Assembly (NCBI GenBank): GCA_947471565.1
Contig: CANIVT010000005.1
Span: 9,014-73,013 of the forward strand
DNA length: 64,000 nucleotides
Direction: 5' to 3'
From: Spartobacteria bacterium
GTDB lineage: Bacteria; Verrucomicrobiota; Verrucomicrobiia; Chthoniobacterales; UBA6821
Part shown: positions 38,586 through 46,969 of the stretch, in pieces
Layout of the letters: every line of letters begins with the position of its first letter
Numbering within the stretch: position 1 is the first letter of the stretch
Made by a program: the position numbers and the translations under genes
The notes under the pieces: generated by a model
Databases searched by the model: none
Told to the model about the DNA's origin: nothing
The model's input: the letters and a program-made list of their open reading frames with translations, nothing else

Positions 38586-38702
38586 GTTAGAAAGGTTGAA
38601 GAGTTAAAAAGTGGCCATCCACCCTTTTAACCCTTTTAACCCTTTTAACCCTTTTAACCCTTTTAACCCTTTTAACCCTTTTAACCCTTTTAACCCTTCA
38701 AC
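38586..38702. repeat. 9-bp tandem array (cccttttaa x8 perfect plus 1 degenerate) preceded by three inverted degenerate units
   Basis: Perfect copies at 38622-38693 and a degenerate copy at 38694-38702. Inverted units gttagaaag gttgaagag ttaaaaagt lie at 38586-38612. The centre is ccat at 38615-38618. Confidence 0.9.
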
Positions 38703-38710
38703 TCTGAAGA

Positions 38711-41287
38711 TCAGTTTTCCCAGAGAAAATTCTCGAGCTTCAGCTTCGAAAGGCGAGCTTTGGACTCCACGGCCCTTGGGCCGTTTTCGTTCGCCAACTG
38801 GGAATAGAGAGCGGCGGCATCGTTCCATTGTTTTCTTCCCTCGAGAAGTCGCGCCGCTTCGAAGGCTGCCCTATCGTGCCAGATCTGCTCGGATTCTTTG
38901 TCTCGAGGGTTCTTGAAGGCCTCGTAATAGGCGGCCAGTGCTGCATCGCCGTCGCCTATTTTTTCCAGAACCAAGCCCCGTTTGCAAAGTGCCTCATTAC
39001 GCCAGTGAAGCGGAATCGTAGGATCCGAAGAAAGCCCTCTCCAGGCATCGGCCGCTTCGCGGTCACGGGACGGCTCCTCGGAGGCAAGACGGTGCAAGGT
39101 GTCACCCTTAGCCATCAGGGCTGCGGCACGGATCTCGGAGTCCGGTCCCGGGGTGGTGAGAATCTTATCATAGATCGCAAGGGCATCCTTCGGCAGATTC
39201 TGTGCGTTTTTGATGGCTCCTTCCTGAAGGCGTGCCTGCCAAGTCAGGGAATCCTGGGGGCCGCTTCCCGCAACACGCTCCAGGAGGACCAACGAATCAT
39301 CGATCGATGCGGGATCCATCGAGCGCGCAGCAGACTGCGCCGCAAGGAAAAGAGCGCGGCGTCCGAACTCCGATCCGGCCTGACTCGAGGCAAGGCGCTC
39401 AAATTGGACACGGGCTCCCTGGATGTCGCCTGAGGCTAAAAGCGACTCGGCGAGCTTCAGTCGAACCTCCGGTGCAAACCGTGAGTCGGGATGAGCTTCA
39501 AGGAACTTACGTGCGGCCTCCGTCACGGGGGCAGAGTCCCCTTTCCTGCCGCTATCCTTAAGGAAGACGGAGAGATACTCCTCGCGCTCCGGTTCCCCGG
39601 AATTTTCATGGAGGGACTTGGCAAAATCCTTGATTGCTGCATCCCCCTTGCCCGATTTCATGGCGAGTTCCGCCGACGCTAGGCGGGCTCGGGATTTCAC
39701 TCCGGAATCAGACACCGAATCAGCCACATCGCCGAGCATCTTCTCCCCGGCAGGATCACCACGACGGGCGAGATCAAGGGCGATCTGGAAGCGCATCTCC
39801 TCGGAGGGAAGACCCGATCCTAGTCCGGCGATTTCGCGGGCCTCCCGTGAGACATCCAAGCTTCCGCTACCGGAAGAGGCCGCCAGCAGGGCACGGTTGT
39901 AGAGAGCCTCCTTGGCTAACCGTGCGTCGAGTTCTCCAGCAGCACGGAACTCCGTGGCCGCCTGATCACGATTGCCGGAGGCAGCGGCGGCAAGTCCCCG
40001 TACGAAAGCAGTCTTCGCTCGGAGCACCGGCGCCGCCGTGGGGTGGTCCTCGGCGAGCTTGACCGCATCCCCGGGGTTCCCCTGACGAAGCGCCGAGAGG
40101 GCCAGAAGCAAGCGACCCTCGTCGCTGAGAGGATCATCGGGCCATGCGGCGACGAAAGCCTTCAGTTGGGAAGCGCTCCCGCGTGAATCGTCGAGATGGC
40201 GGCGGCGGGCGTCGAAGAACGCGGCGTACTTGGCCCGTACGGGGCGCTTTTTGTCCTGCGACCACTTGGCATAGGGCAGGACACGGGATCCCGGTTTGGC
40301 GGCATCGACAAGCTGGTCATAGAGGCGGAACTCCTCGGCCATCAAGGGCGCGTCGTCGATCGCTTCCAGATGCTTCTCGAGCAGCGCAGTAGCCTTCGCG
40401 TTGCGATCGGAAGCGGAAAAGCATTCGGCAGCCCCTATCGCAGAGGCCGAGGCGATCCATGGAGTGACCGGGGGGATGTTGGCGAAAAGTCGGGCCGCCT
40501 CAGAGGGATTCCCGGCACGCCAGGTCGCCAGTGCCTCGAGGTAGGCAGCCGCCACCTTGGACTCCTTTCCGGCCAGCGAAGCCGAGTGCATCAGAGCGAT
40601 GCAGTCCTCTGTTTTGCCTTCAGCCAGAAGGTCGGCTCCCTTTTCGAGGATGGCATCTTCTGCCAACGGGGAATCGGGGGGTATACCCTGCAGCAGCGAG
40701 GCGGCGGTGGCGGGATCACCTGAGCCCCTCAACGATCGGGCCGTGGAGAGCAGGATCATCTCCCGGGGCACGCTCGGAACCGAGGTCCCCGTATCCAGCA
40801 ATCCCCGAAGGATGGGACATGCGGCGGCGTGGTCTCCGGTTCCGGCAAGGGCCCGCGCCTTCCAATAGGCCATCACCGGATCATCGGAAGCGCCGGACGA
40901 GGCGCAAACGGCCAAGGCTTCCTCGTTCCTTCCACCCTGAACCAGCAGCGCAACCAGTCGACGTGAAAGGAGCTCACTCTTGGCCGGATCCTGTTCCTGC
41001 TGGATCTGGGTGCGGAGAAGGGCGGCTGAAACCTGTGGGAGGTGCTCGGAGGAAGCCTGACGAGCAAGGTCGACCGGTTGAGAGGAATTCGTTGCGGCAG
41101 GACTCTCTTCCTGTGCACGGAGTGCCAGGGGAACCGTGAACGGAATCAGCGTCGCAAGACACGCCGCAGCCAGGAGCCCGTATGGCTTGAGACATGCTCC
41201 GCCACCTCGTCGGGCGTTCCGCAGACGACGAGCGATCCCCCCGCGTCTCCCCCTTCCGGTCCCATATCGATGATCCAGTCCGCGCAT
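38711..41287 (-). CDS. large secreted TPR-repeat protein
   Basis: Ala/Leu-rich repeated helical-hairpin units run throughout, with a signal-like segment (LLAAACLATLIPFTVPLALRAQ). The only in-frame ATG (41287) overlaps uvrA by 142 nt, so the true start is uncertain. Confidence 0.68.
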   Translation of the reverse strand: MRGLDHRYGTGRGRRGGIARRLRNARRGGGACLKPYGLLAAACLATLIPFTVPLALRAQEESPAATNSSQPVDLARQASSEHLPQVSAALLRTQIQQEQDPAKSELLSRRLVALLVQGGRNEEALAVCASSGASDDPVMAYWKARALAGTGDHAAACPILRGLLDTGTSVPSVPREMILLSTARSLRGSGDPATAASLLQGIPPDSPLAEDAILEKGADLLAEGKTEDCIALMHSASLAGKESKVAAAYLEALATWRAGNPSEAARLFANIPPVTPWIASASAIGAAECFSASDRNAKATALLEKHLEAIDDAPLMAEEFRLYDQLVDAAKPGSRVLPYAKWSQDKKRPVRAKYAAFFDARRRHLDDSRGSASQLKAFVAAWPDDPLSDEGRLLLALSALRQGNPGDAVKLAEDHPTAAPVLRAKTAFVRGLAAAASGNRDQAATEFRAAGELDARLAKEALYNRALLAASSGSGSLDVSREAREIAGLGSGLPSEEMRFQIALDLARRGDPAGEKMLGDVADSVSDSGVKSRARLASAELAMKSGKGDAAIKDFAKSLHENSGEPEREEYLSVFLKDSGRKGDSAPVTEAARKFLEAHPDSRFAPEVRLKLAESLLASGDIQGARVQFERLASSQAGSEFGRRALFLAAQSAARSMDPASIDDSLVLLERVAGSGPQDSLTWQARLQEGAIKNAQNLPKDALAIYDKILTTPGPDSEIRAAALMAKGDTLHRLASEEPSRDREAADAWRGLSSDPTIPLHWRNEALCKRGLVLEKIGDGDAALAAYYEAFKNPRDKESEQIWHDRAAFEAARLLEGRKQWNDAAALYSQLANENGPRAVESKARLSKLKLENFLWEN

Positions 41288-44022
41288 TTGATGACTTCGA
41301 GATTGTGTTCGATCACGATGAGGGTATTTCCGCCATCGCGCAATCTCAGGAGCACTTCGAGCAATTTCTGGATGTCGGCGAAGTGGAGTCCCGTCGTGGG
41401 CTCATCGAGCAGATAAAGGGTGCGTCCCGTGGCCTTTCGGGAGAGTTCCGATGCCAGCTTCAGCCGCTGGGCCTCACCCCCGGAGAGGGTGGTGGCCGAT
41501 TGACCGAGCTTCAGGTAGCCCAGACCCACCTCCTGAAGAACCTCCAGCTTGCCATGAATCTGGGGCACCGCCCGGAAAAACCCCGATGCCTCGTCAATCG
41601 TGAGTTCGAGCACGTCGGCGATGTTTTTTCCCTTGTAGGAGATCTCAAGCGTCTCCCGGTTGAAGCGCCTCCCGCGGCAGAGTTCGCACTCCACGAAGAC
41701 GTCGGCCAGGAAGTGCATCTCGATCCGGATCATCCCGTCACCCTCGCACTGCTCGCAGCGCCCCCCCTTCACGTTGCAGGAAAAACGCGCCGGCCCGTAG
41801 CCACGGACCTTTGCCGCCGGCAGTCCGCTGAAGAGATCGCGGATGGGGCCGAATACCCCGGAATAGGTCGCGGGATTGGAGCGCGGCGTGCGGCCGATCG
41901 GGCTCTGGTCGATCACCACCACCTTGTCAAAGGCCTCCGCCCCGTGGATCCGTCCATGGGCTCCGGGCACCTCGCGGGCTCCGTGGAACTGGCGGGCGAG
42001 CGCGCGGTGGAGGATATCGTTGACGAGAGTCGACTTGCCGCTTCCGGAGACACCGGTCACCACGGTGAAAAGACCCACGGGGAATCCCACAGTCAGATTC
42101 TTCAGATTGTTTTCGCTGGCACCGGTCACGGTGAGCCAGCCCGGTCCGGAAGCCGACTTCACCGGGGGACGCTGGCGGACTCGCGGCACCGAAATGCGTT
42201 CACGACCGGAAAGGAACTGGCCGGTCAGCGAGTTCGGATGGGCTAGGATTTCCCCGGGGCTTCCCTCGGCCACGATCTCCCCTCCCCTAGGCCCTGCACC
42301 GGGGCCCATGTCGAGGATGTGATCGGCGGCCAGGATTGTCTCCTCGTCATGCTCCACAACGACGACGGAGTTTCCCAGATCACGCAGCCCCCGGAGCGTC
42401 GCCAGCAGACGATCGTTATCGCGCTGATGAAGACCGATACTCGGCTCATCAAGCACATAAAGCACCCCGGCCAACCCTGAGCCGATCTGCGTGGCGAGGC
42501 GGATCCTTTGGGCCTCCCCACCCGAGAGAGTCCCGCTTTCCCGGTTGAGAGTCAGATAACCGAGCCCCACCTCGACGAGAAAGCCAAGCCTCGCGGTAAT
42601 CTCGCGCAGGAGATCGGCGGTGATCTTGCGATCCGTGGGCGACAGTTGCAGTCCCGACATGACATTCAATGCCTCCGAAGCAGGCAGGGCACAGAATGAG
42701 TCGATATTCCACTCATGGGCATCCGGGCCCGTGATCGTGACGCCCAGGATCTCTGGTCGGAGACGGGTTCCTCCGCAGAGACTGCAGGGTTTGCGGGCAA
42801 AGAAGGCCTTGAGCCTGTTCTTCTTCAGCTCGCTTTCCGAGGTCTTCATCTGGCGCTCCACCATGGGAACTAGCCCCTCGAATTCCTTTCCCAACTTGGC
42901 GATTTCCTCGCCGCCCGTGCCGTAGAAGAGTTTCTCCTTGAAGACCTGCGGGAGATCCCGAAACGGCAACTCGAGAGAGGCCCCTGTCATTTCGCAGAGA
43001 GCTTCAAGCACCTGGCGGTAATAGCTCCCCATCCGCTTGTCGGGAGTTCTCCAAGGACGGATCGCACCCTTCTCCATCGGTAGAAGCGGCAAATCCTCAT
43101 CGACGATGAGCGAGGAATCACAGAACGGCTCCGTGCCGAGTCCCTGACATGCAGGACATGCCCCGAGATGGCTGTTGAAAGAGAAATGACGGGGCGTGAG
43201 TCGCGGCATCGTGAAGCCAGTCTCCGGATTACGGAAATCGGTCGAAAAGGCCTTCTCCTCCCAAAGCTCACTGCCAGGTCCCTGCCTCAGAACAATGACC
43301 GTATTTCCTCCGTGACGCAGCGAAGTCTCCAGCGAGTCGAGCAACCGTTCACGGAGTCCCTCACCCTCGCCTTCCGATCTGAGGGCAACACGGTCAACCA
43401 CTGCCTCGATGGTGTGCTTCTTTGTTTTGAGCAGTTTCACCGGCTCGGGGCGACCCAGATCGATGATCTCCCCGTCGATCCGCAGGCGGACAAATCCTTC
43501 CCGTCGCGCCCGCTCGATCACATCACGGAACTCCCCTGCTTCATTGGTGATCAATGGGGCCAGCAGCATCAGACGGGTGCCCTCGGCCCAGGAAAGGATC
43601 TCGGCACCGATCTGCTGCGGCGACTGACGGCGCACGGGTGCTCCCGTTGACGGATCATGGGGAACACCAACCGAGGCGTAGAGGACGCGTAGGTAGTCGT
43701 AGATCTCCGTCGTGGTCGCGATCGTCGAGCGGGGATTCGGCGGTGCGATCCGTTGCTCGATTGCGATGGCGGGAGACAGTCCCTCAATGTGGTCGACCTC
43801 CGGCTTCTGCATTCTGTCGAGGAACTGACGTGCATAGGCCGAGAGGCTCTCGACATAGCGCCTTTGCCCCTCGGCAAAGAGCGTGTCGAAAGCCAGCGAG
43901 GACTTACCCGAGCCGCTCGGCCCTGTGATGACGACAAGTTTGTTCCGGGGAATCGAGACGTCGAGGTTACGCAGGTTATGCTGCCTCGCCCCTTTGATCC
44001 GGATGAACTGCTGGTCGCTCAT
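41146..44022 (-). CDS. uvrA: excinuclease ABC subunit A
   Basis: 958 aa with two ABC ATPase modules (GPSGSGKSS, GVSGSGKST) and zinc-finger Cys clusters. Confidence 0.96.
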   Translation of the reverse strand: MSDQQFIRIKGARQHNLRNLDVSIPRNKLVVITGPSGSGKSSLAFDTLFAEGQRRYVESLSAYARQFLDRMQKPEVDHIEGLSPAIAIEQRIAPPNPRSTIATTTEIYDYLRVLYASVGVPHDPSTGAPVRRQSPQQIGAEILSWAEGTRLMLLAPLITNEAGEFRDVIERARREGFVRLRIDGEIIDLGRPEPVKLLKTKKHTIEAVVDRVALRSEGEGEGLRERLLDSLETSLRHGGNTVIVLRQGPGSELWEEKAFSTDFRNPETGFTMPRLTPRHFSFNSHLGACPACQGLGTEPFCDSSLIVDEDLPLLPMEKGAIRPWRTPDKRMGSYYRQVLEALCEMTGASLELPFRDLPQVFKEKLFYGTGGEEIAKLGKEFEGLVPMVERQMKTSESELKKNRLKAFFARKPCSLCGGTRLRPEILGVTITGPDAHEWNIDSFCALPASEALNVMSGLQLSPTDRKITADLLREITARLGFLVEVGLGYLTLNRESGTLSGGEAQRIRLATQIGSGLAGVLYVLDEPSIGLHQRDNDRLLATLRGLRDLGNSVVVVEHDEETILAADHILDMGPGAGPRGGEIVAEGSPGEILAHPNSLTGQFLSGRERISVPRVRQRPPVKSASGPGWLTVTGASENNLKNLTVGFPVGLFTVVTGVSGSGKSTLVNDILHRALARQFHGAREVPGAHGRIHGAEAFDKVVVIDQSPIGRTPRSNPATYSGVFGPIRDLFSGLPAAKVRGYGPARFSCNVKGGRCEQCEGDGMIRIEMHFLADVFVECELCRGRRFNRETLEISYKGKNIADVLELTIDEASGFFRAVPQIHGKLEVLQEVGLGYLKLGQSATTLSGGEAQRLKLASELSRKATGRTLYLLDEPTTGLHFADIQKLLEVLLRLRDGGNTLIVIEHNLEVIKCADWIIDMGPEGGDAGGSLVVCGTPDEVAEHVSSHTGSWLRRVLRR

Positions 44023-44038
44023 CGGCGGAAAAATGCAG

Positions 44039-44120
44039 AATGAAAAATGAAAAATGAAAAAACAGAATCTCCAAGGAACACTTCTCCTTCATTTCCTGTT
44101 TTCCTGATTTTTTGATTCAT
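44039..44120. repeat. heptamer arrays in inverted arrangement (aatgaaa x3 ... tttcctg ttttcctg attttttg attcat)
   Basis: Read directly. It fills the gap between the aldo/keto reductase stop and the uvrA start. Confidence 0.75.
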
Positions 44121-44132
44121 TACGTTGGGAAC

Positions 44133-45314
44133 TTAATCCTTTTGCAATCGTTTCCGAGGAACATCCCCGAAGCGGTCATGGGCTTCGCGCAAGATCGTTG
44201 CCAAATCGGGGATTCCGAACCTCACACCGAATTCACGGATCGCAGCCTCGTCGAACTCCGTGGCATTGATACCAGGGAACCAGTGCCCTCCGTTGCCGAG
44301 CAGATTGTAGCGCAGTTTCCCGTAAGCCTGCATGTCGAAGGCCTTGTCCAAGGCCCACAGCCGGCGGATCTCCTGAAGATTGATCCCGCCCGGCACCTCG
44401 CCGAAAGACGGCAGGATATCATCCCATCGCTCAGGCATCGGGAAACCGTTTACTTTCAGAAACTCGGCCTCCAGCCGCTTCGCGACGTGATGAACCCGAT
44501 CGCCGATCCCTTCCTGCGCCAGCAGCGGGGTGATCTTGAGATGCTCCTCAAAATCCGAGGGTTTCGCGGCCCCGATGCTGATCGTGTGGATCTCCTGATC
44601 GGTCAGGCAGTAAAGGTCGTTGAATCCGATCGGGGAGAACGGCGCACAGAGTTCGGTGAGTTTCTCCGAGGGTTGGTGCATGCAGCCACCCTTCTCCGTC
44701 GGGCTGATGATGAAGACCCCCATGTCATGACGTGTCGCGGCCTTCACGGCGCTGCGATTGGTCCGGTTCATGAAATAGCAGTGGAGATTCACGTAATCAA
44801 AAGCGTCCGAAGCGATGATCTCCTCGATCAGGTCGCACGGCGCATGGGTGGAGAAACCAAGGAAGGTGGCCCTCCCCTCACGGATGATTTCCCGTGCAGC
44901 ATCGAGGGCTCCTCCGGGTCGGATCGCCTCTTCCCACAGATAACGATTATTGATCCCGTGGATGGCCAGCAGATCCACATGCGCAAGCTGTAGGTTGGCC
45001 ATGGATCGATCGAAGGTTTCGCGAAAGCCCGCTGCGGAATCGGGAGCCACCTTCGTCTGGACGATCATCCCGTCACGGGGAAGCGTCGGCAGAATCCGTC
45101 CCAACTGCAGTTCGGAAGTCCCGTAGCCCCGCGCTGTCTCGATATGGTTAATGCGCGAGTCGAGAGCCTTGCGGATGCAGGCTTCGAGATTGGCCTGCCC
45201 CTCCTGGGTGATTCCCCCCTCCTCCTTGTCATCCCAGCTGTGCTGGTAGCGCATCCCTCCGCAAGAGAGGACGGGCATATCGAGACCGGTTCGGCCGAAG
45301 CGGCGCGTGATCAT
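44133..45314 (-). CDS. aldo/keto reductase family oxidoreductase
   Basis: N-terminal RRFGRTGLDMPVLSCGGMR and an AKR-like body. 393 aa. Confidence 0.82.
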   Translation of the reverse strand: MITRRFGRTGLDMPVLSCGGMRYQHSWDDKEEGGITQEGQANLEACIRKALDSRINHIETARGYGTSELQLGRILPTLPRDGMIVQTKVAPDSAAGFRETFDRSMANLQLAHVDLLAIHGINNRYLWEEAIRPGGALDAAREIIREGRATFLGFSTHAPCDLIEEIIASDAFDYVNLHCYFMNRTNRSAVKAATRHDMGVFIISPTEKGGCMHQPSEKLTELCAPFSPIGFNDLYCLTDQEIHTISIGAAKPSDFEEHLKITPLLAQEGIGDRVHHVAKRLEAEFLKVNGFPMPERWDDILPSFGEVPGGINLQEIRRLWALDKAFDMQAYGKLRYNLLGNGGHWFPGINATEFDEAAIREFGVRFGIPDLATILREAHDRFGDVPRKRLQKD

Positions 45315-46414
45315 GGAAGTCGTCGGAGAAGGGTGACCGATTCTATTTCCGCCGTCTGGGGAAACATGTCGAGGGGAGTCACTTTTTCGGCACGATACGT
45401 TTCGGAAAGCCGCTTCAGATCGCGTGCCAGCGTTGCCGGATTACACGAAACATAAACGATACGCGAAGGAGGATTGCCGAGAATCGCATGGGTGGCCGCC
45501 TCTTCTAGCCCCTCGGAGGGAGGGTCCAGCAGGAGGACTGTCCCGTCAGATTCGCCCGCTTCGAGCGCCTCGGAGAGGCGGTCCTCGACATTCCCGGCGA
45601 GATACTCCTCGTTCTCCGCGGCCTGGCGCGCGGCCATGGCCACCGAGGCGATCGAACGCTCGATGCCGATCACCTTGGTGAACGATCCCTGCAGTTCATG
45701 GGCAAAGAAACCCGCACCGCAGTAGGCATCCACAAGGAGTGCACGGATCGCATCGCCGGAAAGGACCGCGTGGGAGACCGTTTTCTTGAGGATCTCCGCC
45801 ACGGCGTTGTTCACCTGCCGAAAACCGCCGAAGCGTTTTTTCTCACCGATCAGGTAATCCCCATCGCGGGGACGGGACTTGAGCAGATCCTTGAACCCGA
45901 GATCCACCTCGGACGAGGCGATCAGACACTTCTCCACGGGAACCACCCTGTTCGAGCCGGCCGCATAGAAGCCGGCCCTTCCTTCCCGGACATGAACCGT
46001 AATTCGGTTGCGGTACCCGTAGGGCTCCGGGGAAGGAATCATCTCCTCCACGGGAGGCTCGGCCATTCCTCCAAGACGGCGCTGGGCCTCGCGGAGCTGG
46101 GTCCGCTTGATCCGGAGTTGATGATCGTAGGCAATGTGTTGGTAGGCGCAGCCGCCGCAACTCAGAAAGACAGGACAGGGGGAGGCAATCCGATGAGGGG
46201 AAGGCACGATGACTTCCAGTAGATCGGCCTCCAGAAGACGAGACTTCACCTTGCGGACCCGGACGCGAACCTTCTCCCCGTCGATCACCCCCGCCACAAA
46301 ACAAGCCATTCCGTCGACACGACCGACCCCCTTCCCGCCGAAGGCGATGTCATGGATATCAAGCTCCAGTTCCTGACCTGGACGGATGGTGACTGAGGAA
46401 TCGGACTTGGACAT
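45311..46414 (-). CDS. RlmD/RumA-family 23S rRNA (uracil-C5)-methyltransferase
   Basis: TRAM-like N-terminus (FGGKGVGRVDG), Fe-S Cys cluster (CPVFLSCGGCAYQH), and a SAM-MTase C-terminal region (DPPSEGL, YVSCNPATLARD). The ATG at 46414 is preferred. Confidence 0.85.
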   Translation of the reverse strand: MSKSDSSVTIRPGQELELDIHDIAFGGKGVGRVDGMACFVAGVIDGEKVRVRVRKVKSRLLEADLLEVIVPSPHRIASPCPVFLSCGGCAYQHIAYDHQLRIKRTQLREAQRRLGGMAEPPVEEMIPSPEPYGYRNRITVHVREGRAGFYAAGSNRVVPVEKCLIASSEVDLGFKDLLKSRPRDGDYLIGEKKRFGGFRQVNNAVAEILKKTVSHAVLSGDAIRALLVDAYCGAGFFAHELQGSFTKVIGIERSIASVAMAARQAAENEEYLAGNVEDRLSEALEAGESDGTVLLLDPPSEGLEEAATHAILGNPPSRIVYVSCNPATLARDLKRLSETYRAEKVTPLDMFPQTAEIESVTLLRRLP

Positions 46415-46487
46415 TCCGTAAGCCTCGACGGACGGGGCGGAGCCGCGCAAAACAAAAACGCCATCACGGTCAATTCCTGCATAAAAT

Positions 46488-46947
46488 GATTCTCGCGCGG
46501 AGGCGCGGAGGCGCAGAGATTAGAGATGGAATGAAGGAAAACGACATCGGAACAAAGATTCTGAGTGCTGCTATTGCTGTTCATCGGGAACTGGGCCCCG
46601 GTCTCCTTGAAAGCGTTTACGAGGTGGTTTTGGCCCGTGAATTGTCGGATGCAGGATTACGGGTGGAACGTCAGGTCCCCATATCGATCTCCTACAAAGG
46701 TCTTCAATTTGAAGAGGGATTCCGTGCTGACCTAATCGTCGAGCAGAAAGTTTTGCTCGAACTCAAATCCGTGGAGCAAATCGCAGCATCTCACAAGAAG
46801 CAGATACAGACCTATTTGAGTTTGAGCGGCCTCAAGCTTGGTTGCCTCCTGAATTTCGGAGATGCCGTTCTGAAAAACGGAATTACTCGTTGCGTGAACG
46901 GACTTCAGGAAAATTTCTCCGCGCCTCCGCGTCTCCGCGCGAAAATC
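46488..46947. mobile_element. candidate TIR-bounded cassette carrying a GxxExxY gene
   Basis: 31-bp arms at 46488-46518 and 46917-46947 are inverted and match at 28/31 positions. A single small ORF lies between them. A cargo-less near-identical arm sits at 30842-30872. No transposase or target-site duplication was seen. Confidence 0.5.
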
Positions 46948-46968
46948 TCTCGGAGTAACTTTACCTGA
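46531..46968 (+). CDS. GxxExxY protein (PD-(D/E)XK nuclease-like superfamily)
   Basis: GPGLLESVY contains the G-x-x-E-x-x-Y signature, followed by FRADLIVEQKVLLELKSVEQ (a D..E-x-K-like core). The ATG at 46531 is preferred over the track start, which reads through the left repeat. The C-terminal tail reads through the right repeat. Confidence 0.85.
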   Translation: MKENDIGTKILSAAIAVHRELGPGLLESVYEVVLARELSDAGLRVERQVPISISYKGLQFEEGFRADLIVEQKVLLELKSVEQIAASHKKQIQTYLSLSGLKLGCLLNFGDAVLKNGITRCVNGLQENFSAPPRLRAKISRSNFT

Positions 46969-46969
46969 C

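Noticed and set aside
38622-38702. Possible CRISPR array
   Set aside because: The units are 9 bp and directly abutting, with no spacers. No cas genes are in the window. It is a microsatellite/VNTR, not a CRISPR.
38604-38916. ORFs translating the 9-bp tandem array (GLKGLKGLK... on the minus strand, NPFNPFNPF... on the plus strand)
   Set aside because: The peptide repeats are simply the three-codon reading of a 9-bp DNA repeat in an intergenic position. There is no plausible start context, and the remainder overlaps the TPR gene.
41194-42246. 350-aa ORF antisense to uvrA
   Set aside because: It is embedded opposite uvrA and has no motif. This is a GC-rich antisense artefact.
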